Position numbers and translations under genes: made by a program. A stretch of 32,000 nucleotides of DNA, taken from Bellilinea caldifistulae. Lineage in GTDB: Bacteria > Chloroflexota > Anaerolineae > Anaerolineales > Anaerolineaceae. The notes beneath the pieces were generated by a model. It was not told where the DNA came from, did no database searches, and was given only the letters and a program-made list of their open reading frames with translations. This document shows positions 24,140-32,000 of the stretch, piece after piece. Location: the NCBI RefSeq assembly GCF_001306055.1, contig NZ_LGHJ01000017.1:30001-62000 (forward strand). Reading direction: 5' to 3'. The number at the start of each line of letters is the position of its first letter. The first letter of the stretch is position 1.

Positions 24140-25244
24140 CAAAGGTCTCAATCCATTCGCCCTGCAAGGTCCGGTAAACACCCAGTGCCGAGACGGTCAG
24201 GCAGACATGCGCAGGGATCACCCCGATCAAGCCGCCAATTGTAAGAGAAGAAAAAACTTCTGGGGGCAAACGGACGATTCCATGTTCCTGGGAAAGCCGC
24301 ACCAGCGCGCCACCCGGAATGCGCGGCGACCATCCCCGCTCATTCAGCAGCACGGCCCAGCCATAAGCGGCTATGCCATTTTCTGTCACGCTGTCTTTGG
24401 AAAAGTGAACCGCGCCCCCGTAGATTACCGCCTCTTGTCGTTCGGGGTGGAAAGCCACCAATGGGCAGGCAACCACTGCGGCTATGTCGGCCTCCCGGCA
24501 GGCTCCCAACTGTGCCATCTGAGCATCGTAAAAGACAAAATTACCCGGGCGGATTTCATCAACCCCTTCAAAATTATCACTCAGGCTGCAACCGGGGGTA
24601 TCACCCACCGATACTTCCAGACCATCAATGCCGTTCTGCTCTAAAAATTGGCGCACCTGGTTCATGCGCTGGTTGCTGCGTCGAAACCGCTGCACCACTT
24701 CGTCCGGGTTTTGGCTTTGATAGGTCTCCCCGGCGTGGGTCAACAACCCACGCAGATTCAAGTGAGGCTGCTGCCGAACGTGACCGGCCAAATCCAGAAC
24801 AGCGTGGGAATCATTCCATGCCAGACCTGTGCGTCGGCTGCCGCTGTCAATCTTAATCCACACATCAACCGGCCTTTCCACCGCATCCGCAAGTGCTTCA
24901 ACATGCCCGGCACACTCCACCAGCACACCCAGCCGGATGAATTCGCTCAACCGGCGCACCAGATTGATCTGGCGTAAATTGAGGGGAAACGCAACCAGTA
25001 TGTCTTTCCAACCGTGTCCGGCAAAATACGCTGCCATCTCCAGCGAGGAAACGGTAATTGCCTGAATACCAAACGGCCGAAACCACTCACCTGCTTGCGC
25101 CGATTGATGGGTCTTGAAATGGGGGCGCAAGCGTACCCCCGCCGTATTGGCCTTTTCGACCATGCGTTGAATGTTCTTCTGAACACGCTGGGGATCGATC
25201 AACAGCGTTGGACGAGAAATATCGGGATATAAGGTTGGGTTCAT
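24108..25244 (-). CDS. D-TA / DSD1-family PLP-dependent enzyme (D-threonine aldolase or D-serine dehydratase-like, alanine-racemase fold)
   Basis: PTLLIDPQRVQKNIQRMVEKANTAGVRLRPHFKTHQS matches the N-terminal PLP-lysine region (RPH-x-K-T-H) of this family. Confidence 0.75.
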   Translation of the reverse strand: MNPTLYPDISRPTLLIDPQRVQKNIQRMVEKANTAGVRLRPHFKTHQSAQAGEWFRPFGIQAITVSSLEMAAYFAGHGWKDILVAFPLNLRQINLVRRLSEFIRLGVLVECAGHVEALADAVERPVDVWIKIDSGSRRTGLAWNDSHAVLDLAGHVRQQPHLNLRGLLTHAGETYQSQNPDEVVQRFRRSNQRMNQVRQFLEQNGIDGLEVSVGDTPGCSLSDNFEGVDEIRPGNFVFYDAQMAQLGACREADIAAVVACPLVAFHPERQEAVIYGGAVHFSKDSVTENGIAAYGWAVLLNERGWSPRIPGGALVRLSQEHGIVRLPPEVFSSLTIGGLIGVIPAHVCLTVSALGVYRTLQGEWIETFVRASAPAGRG

Positions 25245-25267
25245 GGCTCTATTGTATAATAATTGGC

Positions 25268-27001
25268 ATGAATAATCAGCAATTAGCCGAGATTTTTGAG
25301 CGTATCGCCAATTTGTTGGAAATCAACGGCGAAGTGGTCTATAAAACCCTTGCCTATCGGCGGGCTGCCGAAAGCCTGCGGGCTTATCCGCGTGAAGCCG
25401 AGGAACTGTACCGCGAAGGTAAACTGACGGAAATTCCCGGCGTTGGCAAAGCCATCGCCGAAAAGATCGAAGAATTGCTCACCACCGGCAAACTGGGCTT
25501 TCTGGAAAGACTGGAGCAGGAAGTTCCCCCAACCTTGCTGGAATTGCTCGAAATACCGGATGTTGGCCCCAAAAAAGTGGCTCTGTTTTGGAAACAAGCC
25601 GGCATCACCTCCCTGATGGATCTGGAATCGGCTGCGCGGGATGGCCACCTTCGCCGCCTTCCGGGAATCGGCGAAAAGTCCGAGCAGCGCATCCTCGCCG
25701 GGATTGAGGCGCTGCGCAGGCGCAGCAAACGCATGTTACTTGGCACGGTGCGCCCAATTGGCCTGCGCTGGTTAAACTGGCTGCGGGGACTTCCCGGTGT
25801 GCGGGAGGCCGAGCTGGCTGGCAGCCTGCGCCGCTGGAAGCCGACCATTGGAGACCTTGATCTGGTGGCGGCAGCCGATGATCCGGTGGCTGTAATGGAG
25901 GCTTTTGTCCATCATGATGAAGTTGTGCGGGTGCTGGCACATGGTGAAAACAAATCCAGCATCGAGCTGAGCAACGGCTTGAATATCCAGCTCTGGATTC
26001 AACCACAGGCGAAATTCGGTTCACTGCTCCAATTCGTGACCGGTTCCAAAGATCACAACGTGCGCCTGCGCGAACTGGCCCAGCGGAAAGGTTTTTCCCT
26101 CTCCGAGCATGGGCTGACCACCCCCGACGGCAAGGAGCTATTCTTTGCCAACGAATCCGACCTCTATCAGGCCCTTGACCTGGAATGGATACCACCGGAA
26201 CTGCGAGAAGATCGCGGCGAGATCCAGGCAGCTCTGGAACACCGTCTGCCGGATCTGATCAGTCCAGCCGACCTGATTGCCGAATTGCACAGCCACACCA
26301 CCTGGAGCGACGGAGCGCTGAGCATTCACGAGATGGCCAGGGCAGCCAAAGCACGCGGCTTGAAGGTGCTGGCAATTACCGACCACACCCATTCACTGGG
26401 CATCGCCAACGGGCTGGACGCCGACCGCCTGCGCCAGCAGCGCAAAGAAATAGACGCCGTCCAGGCAATGCTGGGCGAGGAGTTGACCCTGCTGCAAGGC
26501 GCCGAGGTTGAAATCAAAGCCGATGGTAGTCTGGACCTGGCCGATGATGTGCTGGCCGAGCTGGATATTGTGATCGCATCCCTGCATGTCAGCCTGCGCC
26601 AGCCGCGCGAGGAAATCACCGCCCGCTTGCTGCGTGCCATCCGCAACCCGCACGTGGACATCATTGGTCACCCCAGCGGGCGTTTGCTTCCCAACCGCGA
26701 AGGCGCGGATTTGGATTGGGAAGCGATCTTAACCGCTGCCCGCGAAGAAAATGTTGCCCTCGAAATTAACGCCAATCCCTCACGACTGGATCTGGATGAA
26801 GTACATGCGCGTCGGGCTGTGGAACTGGGAATCCTGTTGAGCATCAACACCGATGCTCACAGCCCGGCGGATCTGGAGCTGGCAGAATATGGGGTTTCGG
26901 TCGCACGGCGGGCCTGGGTGAGCGCCGCTCAAGTGTTGAACACCCGCTCTCCCGCCGAAATTCGCCGCTGGCTGGCTGAACACCGCCACAAATCCGGCTA
27001 G
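25268..27001 (+). CDS. polX: Family X DNA polymerase with C-terminal PHP domain (PolX)
   Basis: HhH-rich N-terminus (MNNQQLAEIFERIANLLEINGE...), pol-beta nucleotidyltransferase motif GSLRRWKPTIGDLDLV, and PHP motifs ELHSHTTWSDG and ITDH. I prefer the start at ATG 25268. The track start at 25208 overlaps the divergent gene. Confidence 0.9.
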   Translation: MNNQQLAEIFERIANLLEINGEVVYKTLAYRRAAESLRAYPREAEELYREGKLTEIPGVGKAIAEKIEELLTTGKLGFLERLEQEVPPTLLELLEIPDVGPKKVALFWKQAGITSLMDLESAARDGHLRRLPGIGEKSEQRILAGIEALRRRSKRMLLGTVRPIGLRWLNWLRGLPGVREAELAGSLRRWKPTIGDLDLVAAADDPVAVMEAFVHHDEVVRVLAHGENKSSIELSNGLNIQLWIQPQAKFGSLLQFVTGSKDHNVRLRELAQRKGFSLSEHGLTTPDGKELFFANESDLYQALDLEWIPPELREDRGEIQAALEHRLPDLISPADLIAELHSHTTWSDGALSIHEMARAAKARGLKVLAITDHTHSLGIANGLDADRLRQQRKEIDAVQAMLGEELTLLQGAEVEIKADGSLDLADDVLAELDIVIASLHVSLRQPREEITARLLRAIRNPHVDIIGHPSGRLLPNREGADLDWEAILTAAREENVALEINANPSRLDLDEVHARRAVELGILLSINTDAHSPADLELAEYGVSVARRAWVSAAQVLNTRSPAEIRRWLAEHRHKSG

Positions 27002-27257
27002 ACAAGCCACCCAATAGCACCGGCTCGTACCCACGCATTGGCAAGCGGGGGCTTACTTGCATTCAACCTTGCTAACAGGGTTGAAAAGTAAGGTATTACC
27101 CACATCTTGCGTCTGATAAGACAGAATAACCCATATTCTGCCTTGTTCTTTTCGTAGAATTCCACCGGCCTGTTTCATCGGGCCAATGTATAAGGTTTCA
27201 AAACCCCGAGGGCTGCAAATCAGACTTGTTTCGGTTAAAAATTAAGCAGAGGTAATA

Positions 27258-27776
27258 ATGAACTACGCTACCATCCGCCACGAAAAAGACGAATTCTTCG
27301 CCAATCACCCGCAAAGCCCGCTGAGGGAAGAACAAAAGGTCGTTTTTAGCGGATTGAATTACTTTCCACCCAACCCCGGTCTGCGGCTGGAATTGACGCT
27401 TCAGCCATTTCCTGAACGAACCCATGTGGAAATTCAAACCAACACCGGTGATATTCAGATCTACGCACGGTTGGGACGTTTTTCTTTTGAAGTTGAGGGG
27501 CAAAAAGTCGAACTAACCCTTTACGGCAATCAATACGGCTACTTTCTGCCGTTTGTGGACAGTCTGGCAGGCGTAGAAACCTACCCGGCCGGGCGGTACC
27601 TTGAACCGGAGGCGATTGGGCAAAACCAATTCATCGTAGATTTCAATCTGGCCTATAACCCTTACTGCGCCTATAACGATGACTGGTCATGCCCGCTCAC
27701 CCCCCCGGAAAACCACCTTACCGTACCCATTCGCGCTGGCGAGAAACTCTTCCATTCACCATCCAATCACAAGTAA
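27258..27776 (+). CDS. DUF1684 domain protein
   Basis: HEKDEFFANHPQSPL, GLNYFPPNP, GRYLEP, DFNLAYNPYCAYNDDWSCPLTPPENHL and IRAGEK follow the DUF1684 pattern as I recall it. Confidence 0.75.
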   Translation: MNYATIRHEKDEFFANHPQSPLREEQKVVFSGLNYFPPNPGLRLELTLQPFPERTHVEIQTNTGDIQIYARLGRFSFEVEGQKVELTLYGNQYGYFLPFVDSLAGVETYPAGRYLEPEAIGQNQFIVDFNLAYNPYCAYNDDWSCPLTPPENHLTVPIRAGEKLFHSPSNHK

Positions 27777-27790
27777 GAGGTTAAACAATC

Positions 27791-28075
27791 ATGGCAAAAG
27801 CAATCTGGAACAATACCATACTGGCAGAAAGTGATCAAACCATTGTCATTGAAGGCAATCACTACTTTCCCCCGTCTGCCGTCAAGTGGGATTATTTTGT
27901 AAAAAGCGAAACCCACACCACCTGCCCGTGGAAAGGCGAAGCCAGTTACTACACGATTGTGGTCAACGGACAAAGCAATCCGGATGCCGCCTGGTATTAC
28001 CCCAACCCCAAAGAAGCAGCCCGTCAGATAAAGGATTATGTGGCGTTCTGGCGCGGCGTCCGGGTTGAAGCCTGA
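27791..28075 (+). CDS. DUF427 domain protein
   Basis: 94 aa. AESDQTIVIEGNHYFPPSAV...SETHTTCPWKGEASYYTIVVNG...AAWYYPNP...YVAFW matches the DUF427 pattern. Confidence 0.75.
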   Translation: MAKAIWNNTILAESDQTIVIEGNHYFPPSAVKWDYFVKSETHTTCPWKGEASYYTIVVNGQSNPDAAWYYPNPKEAARQIKDYVAFWRGVRVEA

Positions 28076-28080
28076 AAAGC

Positions 28081-28626
28081 ATGGGCGGATTGCTCATAGG
28101 AGACCGAATCGAGCCTTTTTCCCTGCCCTCAGCAGACGGGAATCCTTATTCATTTTCTGACCTGCTCAACGGAAATCCTTACCTGCTACTTGTATTTTTG
28201 CGTCATTTGGGTTGAATACCCTGCCGCGAACATGCTTTGCAGTTGCAAAGCGCCCGGGCTGAATTCCAGCAGGCCGGTATTTCCATCGCCCTGGTTACCT
28301 TTGAGCAGGGATACTTGCTGGAGCAATGGAGGGAAACCACTCGAATAGACTTTCCCATCCTGCTCGATCCACAGAAGAACCTGTATCGGGCTTTCGGCTT
28401 GCAGCGTTCCATCCGCCGGACGTGGAATTTAGCGACCCTGTGGTTTTATGCCCGGAGATTAATACGGGGTGAAAAGTTGATCGCCACCGGCGGTGATCTG
28501 CATCAATTAGGGGGTGATTTTATCCTCGACCGGGAGGGTGTGGTACTGCTGGCCTATTACAGCCACGACCCGACCGATCGGCCACATCCCAAATCCTTGT
28601 TGCAATCCATTCCATTAGAAAGTTAG
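28081..28626 (+). CDS. Peroxiredoxin-like (AhpC/TSA, Prx-like2) thiol oxidoreductase with predicted selenocysteine at codon 45 (TGA 28213-28215)
   Basis: The frame is open from ATG 28081 except for one TGA. It reads ...NPYLLLVFLRHLG-U-IPCREHALQLQSARAEFQQAGISIALVTFE..., which joins in frame (156 nt = 52 codons) to track ORF 28237-28626. U-x-x-C replaces the C-x-x-C of this thioredoxin-fold family. A hairpin lies 18 nt downstream, and tRNA-Sec is in the same window. Confidence 0.75.
28234..28251 (+). promoter_or_regulatory. Candidate bacterial SECIS hairpin
   Basis: GCUUUGC-AGUU-GCAAAGC forms a perfect 7-bp stem. The apical loop contains GU and lies 26-29 nt downstream of the first base of the UGA (28213). 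Confidence 0.55.
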
Positions 28627-28630
28627 GAAT

Positions 28631-28660
28631 TCGCCAGATTCCCCCTTCTACCGGTATAAT
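28631..28660 (+). promoter_or_regulatory. Candidate promoter (TCGCCA-18-TATAAT) for the small-ORF/gerW/dut block
   Basis: A perfect TATAAT at 28655-28660 lies 30 nt upstream of the start at 28691. The -35 element is weak. Confidence 0.4.
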
Positions 28661-28690
28661 GAAAGAGATCGCATAAACAAGGAGATAAAA

Positions 28691-28954
28691 ATGACGCTCC
28701 AAAACACAAACCGTCCATCGCTCAAGTGGCGCGGTTACGAAATCAGTCCGGTTGTACAGGCCTTCCGCTTCGTGCCATTCCCCCAGTTCGGAATGATCTG
28801 GAATCGTCCCGTTGGCGTACGGGTTCAAACACCTCAGGGCGAAACGCAATACCTACCGGTCTACGATTTGACTCGCATGCTCCAGATCATAATTGTGCTG
28901 GGCGGGTTGTTGTTCTTTTTCCTGAAAATTGTTTCCCAGAGGAGATCAGCATGA
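28691..28954 (+). CDS. Small hypothetical protein with a C-terminal TM helix
   Basis: 87 aa with a strong RBS AAGGAGA 6 nt upstream. Its stop overlaps the next ATG (ATGA at 28951-28954). The C-terminal hydrophobic segment is MLQIIIVLGGLLFFFLKIV. Confidence 0.55.
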   Translation: MTLQNTNRPSLKWRGYEISPVVQAFRFVPFPQFGMIWNRPVGVRVQTPQGETQYLPVYDLTRMLQIIIVLGGLLFFFLKIVSQRRSA

Positions 28955-29355
28955 GCAATTTAGAAAATGTAGAAAATGAAAATCAAGCCGAAACTACCCT
29001 CCCCGCAAACGAAGAAGAATTGGCTGCCGCGGCCTTAGAAACCATTCAGGACACCATGGATCAATTCATGGCAACTGCCGATGTGAACGCCGTCTTTGGC
29101 GAAACCATCAAACATCAGGGAAATCTCATCCTGCCGGCTGCCGAAGTAGTCAGCATCATGGGCTTTGGCATTGGCAGCGGTTCCGGCGGCGGTGGAGGCG
29201 GCAAGACCTTTGCCCGGCCGGTAGCCGTGATTGTCGCTAATGAACAGGGTGTTCAGGTCAAACCGGTTGTAGATTTCACCAAGATTTACCTGACCGCCTT
29301 TACCACCCTGGCATTCGTCACCAGCGCCTGGCTGCGGATGAGGCGCGGCCAATAA
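28951..29355 (+). CDS. GerW/YtfJ-family protein
   Basis: Start at MSNLENVEN (AGAGGAG RBS). VFGETIKHQGNLILPAAEVVSIMGFGIGSGSGGGGGGKTFARPVAVIVANEQGVQVKPV matches the YtfJ/GerW pattern. The N-terminal extension in the track (from 28726) is rejected. Confidence 0.75.
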   Translation: MSNLENVENENQAETTLPANEEELAAAALETIQDTMDQFMATADVNAVFGETIKHQGNLILPAAEVVSIMGFGIGSGSGGGGGGKTFARPVAVIVANEQGVQVKPVVDFTKIYLTAFTTLAFVTSAWLRMRRGQ

Positions 29356-29377
29356 CCCCCACAACTGCTACAAGGAC

Positions 29378-29821
29378 ATGGAACGAATCCGGATTACCCG
29401 CCTGCGAGGGGATGCCCGCCTTCCCACTCGAAAACATCCCGAAGATGCCGGATTAGACCTGTATGCCGTCGAAAGGGTCGAAATACCCCCCCATGAATTT
29501 GGCATTGTACCTACCGGCATTGGCGTGCAAATTCCCGCCGGTTTTGTCGGCTTATTAAAACCCAAAGGCCGCAGCAACCATCTGTTGGGAGCGGGTGTGG
29601 TGGATGCCGGTTACCAGGGCGAAATTCTGGTCAAAGTCGCCAATCCCACCAATGAGCGGCTTGTCTTTGAAGCCGGTGACGCCGTCGGGCAATTACTGAT
29701 CCTCCCCATCCTGACCCCACAGGTGGAGGAAGTCAGCCCGGAGGAGTTCAATCAAAACACTACTGCTCGCGGGGCGAGCGGCGGGATTGTGGAACAGAAA
29801 CGCCGGCAGTCGGTTGGTTAA
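29378..29821 (+). CDS. dut: dUTP diphosphatase
   Basis: Trimeric dUTPase motifs: EDAGLDLYA, KGRS, GVVDAGYQGEI, VGQLLI and ARGASGG. Confidence 0.85.
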   Translation: MERIRITRLRGDARLPTRKHPEDAGLDLYAVERVEIPPHEFGIVPTGIGVQIPAGFVGLLKPKGRSNHLLGAGVVDAGYQGEILVKVANPTNERLVFEAGDAVGQLLILPILTPQVEEVSPEEFNQNTTARGASGGIVEQKRRQSVG

Positions 29822-30819
29822 AGCGAAGCGTTGAATTGATTTACCGCCCTGACAAGTGCATCCAGGTTAGCCAGCGGTGTATGCGGTGGCAGGTCGTCTT
29901 CCGGCGCCAGCACAATGTTGGGAACATCGCGCATGGCAGTTAACAAATTTTGAGTTTCCTCATAAACCGCATCCGCCGGAGCACCTGTTAACCAGTCCAC
30001 TGCCAGATTGCCGACGACCATTGTGTCTTCTGTAAATTGCTTAACCGCCGAAGCCAGACTCACACGGCTGCCAATCCAGTAGCCTGCAGCGCCACTGGTA
30101 TGCAATTGGGTCAATTGGGCTTCATCCGCCAGCGGATTGTGCAGGATGACCCCAAAATGCTGATTCTGGACCTCCCGAATCAAACGTTGAATGTGGCGTA
30201 AAGAAAACCGTTCGCGCTGATCAGCGGTCAAAGCATCCTCCAGCGGCTCACTAACCACAACGCCGTCCGCATCGTTGAAATGGAAAGCATGCAGGTAATC
30301 CGGTAAAAAGCGCATGATTTTATCCAGGAGCGCATCCAAAACTTCCGGCTTCTGGTTAAGAATTTCCTCCCAACGCTCTTCGCCAATCATCTGTCGGGCA
30401 ACTGCCAGCGGTCCGTTCATGATTCCCAAAACGAATGGTTTAGGATCCGGAAGACGTTCTTTTAGCAAGCGGGGGATAGCCAGCGTGACCGTCGTGCGTT
30501 TATGCCCCGGCCGGGGAATGATCATCGCCTCAACATCCTGTTGAGAACCAATCATCGCTGCTGAGGCACCAATCGGCATTTCCGCCTCCACTTGAAGCGG
30601 TGTGCCAAACGCTTCAGCCTCGATCATTCGGTCCCAAATGGGTAAAAGAAACGCACCTCCAAACCGCTTGTACACCTCTTCAAGAACCTGAATTTGCGTA
30701 TTGGTATCGGTAGCAAATTCAGAGATGGCTTTGTCCATTTCCAATCCAACCGGATATCCCGCCGGGAGGATGAATAAACGCTGTTTCGATTTTAGAACGG
30801 TTTCAGTAAGGTGGAGCAT
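29818..30819 (-). CDS. Uroporphyrinogen-decarboxylase (URO-D) family protein, MtaA/CmuA-like
   Basis: Start taken at MLHLTETV (ATG 30819, GGAGG RBS). DRMIEAEAFGTPLQV, GIMNGPLAVARQMIG and DADGVVVSEPL resemble the URO-D-like methyltransferase/decarboxylase family. This assignment is only at the pattern level. Confidence 0.55.
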   Translation of the reverse strand: MLHLTETVLKSKQRLFILPAGYPVGLEMDKAISEFATDTNTQIQVLEEVYKRFGGAFLLPIWDRMIEAEAFGTPLQVEAEMPIGASAAMIGSQQDVEAMIIPRPGHKRTTVTLAIPRLLKERLPDPKPFVLGIMNGPLAVARQMIGEERWEEILNQKPEVLDALLDKIMRFLPDYLHAFHFNDADGVVVSEPLEDALTADQRERFSLRHIQRLIREVQNQHFGVILHNPLADEAQLTQLHTSGAAGYWIGSRVSLASAVKQFTEDTMVVGNLAVDWLTGAPADAVYEETQNLLTAMRDVPNIVLAPEDDLPPHTPLANLDALVRAVNQFNASL

Positions 30820-30963
30820 AAAGGCTACCTCCGCAAGGAATATGATTTTTTTTGAATGGACTAATTTTAAACCCATTCGCGCCTTATGGCTGAAAGGCAG
30901 CGTATCTTTTCTTATGCAACAAGAAAGGTCTTTCATATCATTTACCCAATTGCTAAAAAACCC

Positions 30964-31010
30964 TTGACAAAAACAGAAACAAGCAATAACATTAGTTATA
31001 TGCTATAACT
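30964..31010 (+). promoter_or_regulatory. tetR-family gene promoter (TTGACA-17-TAACAT) with an overlapping 17-bp palindrome AGTTATA-TGC-TATAACT
   Basis: The -35 is at 30964-30969 and the -10 at 30987-30992. The palindrome (30994-31010) covers the predicted transcription start, and the ATG is at 31024. The site lies in the divergent intergenic region shared with the URO-D-like gene. Confidence 0.5.
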
Positions 31011-31023
31011 TATGTGAGAAATC

Positions 31024-31710
31024 ATGACAAGAAGAGCAAAATTCCGCCAGATCACAATTGACGAAATCAAAAGCCTTGCCCGCCTTCAAATGGCAGAAGG
31101 CGGAACGGCCAGCCTATCGCTGAATGCGATTGCCAAACACATGGGAATGAGCGGCCCGGCATTGTACCGCTACTTTGAGAGCCGTGATGCCTTGATCACC
31201 GCCCTGATTGTAGAAGCTTATGAGGCGCTGGCCAACGCATTGGAAGAAACCGCTGCCCGCTTCGCCGATCAACCGGTACGGGATTGTTTGAGACAAGTCC
31301 TGCTCACCTATCGGCGTTGGGCACTGGATCATCCAATAGATTTTCAATTAATCTTTGGTAATCCCATCCCCGGCTATCAGGGTGAGGAAAAAATCACCGC
31401 CCCCACCGCAGGCAAAGTTTTTGCCCCCATCTTGAAAATCCTGCAACGCGCCTATCAGCAGGAAAACCGCCCGTACCCGTCCTTTTTAGAAAACCTGCCT
31501 CCACAATTACAGGTTCGGCTTTCCCATTCCATGCGAGAATTTCAGCCTTCTCTGCCCGAAAAAGTGGTGTATATCGGAATCGTTGGCTGGTATCACATTC
31601 ATGGGATGATCATGCTGGAACTTTTCAATCATATTCAACCCTTAATCAGCGATCCGGCCACTTTTTACTCCAATGAAATTGAACGGTTAATGGACCAGAT
31701 GAATTTATGA
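31024..31710 (+). CDS. TetR/AcrR-family transcriptional regulator (WHG-type C-terminal domain)
   Basis: HTH segment SLNAIAKHMGMSGPALYRYFESRDALI. The C-terminal GWYHIHGMIMLE resembles the WHG domain. Confidence 0.85.
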   Translation: MTRRAKFRQITIDEIKSLARLQMAEGGTASLSLNAIAKHMGMSGPALYRYFESRDALITALIVEAYEALANALEETAARFADQPVRDCLRQVLLTYRRWALDHPIDFQLIFGNPIPGYQGEEKITAPTAGKVFAPILKILQRAYQQENRPYPSFLENLPPQLQVRLSHSMREFQPSLPEKVVYIGIVGWYHIHGMIMLELFNHIQPLISDPATFYSNEIERLMDQMNL

Positions 31711-31738
31711 GCCAATGACCGGTTGGCATTTTGCTTTT
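31711..31738 (+). terminator. Weak hairpin plus T-tract after the tetR-family gene
   Basis: GCCAA-tgaccgg-TTGGC is followed by ATTTTGCTTTT. The stem is only 5-6 bp. Confidence 0.35.
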
Positions 31739-31788
31739 ACGAAATTGTATAAAAAAATTCGATGATCAACATTTAAAGGAGTCAAATC

Positions 31789-32000
31789 ATGTCAAATCAA
31801 ACTTCTCTCCATGTGGTTTTCGGCAGCGGACCGTTGGGGCTTTCCGTTGTGGATGAATTAATGGTTCAAGGCCAGCGGGTACGCCTGGTCAACCGCAGCG
31901 GTAAAGCCGATGTGCCTGCTGAAGTCGAGATTGTTCCGGCTGATGTATATGACCTTCAACAGGCATTGCAAGCCTGTGAAGGAGCTGCTTTTGTGTACCA
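31789..32000 (+). CDS. NAD(P)-binding Rossmann-fold oxidoreductase / epimerase family, C-terminus cut by window edge
   Basis: Not in the ORF track because it runs off the window. AAAGGAG RBS, then MSNQTSLHVVFGSGPLGLSVVDELMVQGQRVRLVNRSGK with a GxGxxG dinucleotide-binding motif. Confidence 0.7.
   Translation, partial: MSNQTSLHVVFGSGPLGLSVVDELMVQGQRVRLVNRSGKADVPAEVEIVPADVYDLQQALQACEGAAFVY

Noticed and set aside
25605-26195. 196-aa, 154-aa and other minus-strand ORFs across polX
   Set aside because: These are shadow ORFs with Arg/Pro/Gly-rich translations. The plus strand carries unmistakable PolX and PHP motifs.
27064-27084. Imperfect hairpin caaccttg...cagggttg after polX as a terminator
   Set aside because: The stem has one mismatch and no following T-tract. 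This is too weak to call.
28726-28950. N-terminal extension of the GerW-like ORF (track start 28726)
   Set aside because: The extension is out of frame with, and overlaps, a better-supported small ORF. The GerW-like gene has its own RBS and an ATG at 28951.
1-32000. CRISPR arrays, IS elements, integrases or prophage genes (for example integration at the tRNA-Sec gene)
   Set aside because: I saw no spaced direct repeats, no transposase/integrase-like ORFs, and no duplicated tRNA 3' end. An exhaustive repeat search would need software.

Overview
This is a 32-kb bacterial chromosomal window that is almost fully coding. It has no rRNA, no CRISPR array, and no transposase or integrase that I can recognise. 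The gene style suggests a Chloroflexota/Anaerolineae-like organism, but that is only a guess.

Main blocks:
1. 1458-9948 (minus strand): an 11-gene operon for a membrane-bound, complex-I-like group 4 [NiFe] hydrogenase. Both Ni-Fe CxxC pairs are intact. Subunit order is NuoJ/K/L/M-like, then NuoA/B/C/D/H/I-like, then a HycI-type maturation protease. A perfect TGTGA-N6-TCACA palindrome lies upstream. An edge-truncated gene missing from the ORF track follows only 13 nt downstream.
2. 10222-12306 (minus): an orphan 694-aa Cys-rich protein with a single C-terminal TM helix. It is driven from an AT-rich 400-bp divergent control region.
3. 12714-13600 (plus): a phasin-phaR pair behind a near-consensus promoter bracketed by two 17-bp palindromes.
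4. 13608-19529 (minus): a ~1970-aa alpha-2-macroglobulin-like protein whose thioester motif is degenerate, followed upstream by an orphan family-5 solute-binding lipoprotein.
5. Right half: housekeeping and accessory genes (PAP2 phosphatase, lipoprotein, M50 protease, D-TA-family PLP enzyme, PolX, DUF1684, DUF427, GerW/YtfJ, dUTPase, URO-D-family protein, TetR regulator, and an edge-truncated Rossmann oxidoreductase).

The most concrete signal that the ORF track hides is selenocysteine decoding. A canonical tRNA-Sec sits at 22794-22889, and a peroxiredoxin-like gene at 28081-28626 is split by an in-frame TGA. That TGA falls at the first position of a U-x-x-C redox motif, and a SECIS-like hairpin lies 18 nt downstream.

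I do not see a convincing new multi-gene system such as a defence island. The best candidates for novelty are the orphan 694-aa protein with its regulatory region, the complex-I-like hydrogenase architecture and its trailing gene, and the thioester-less macroglobulin. All functional calls rest on motif-level reading of the translations, not on database searches.
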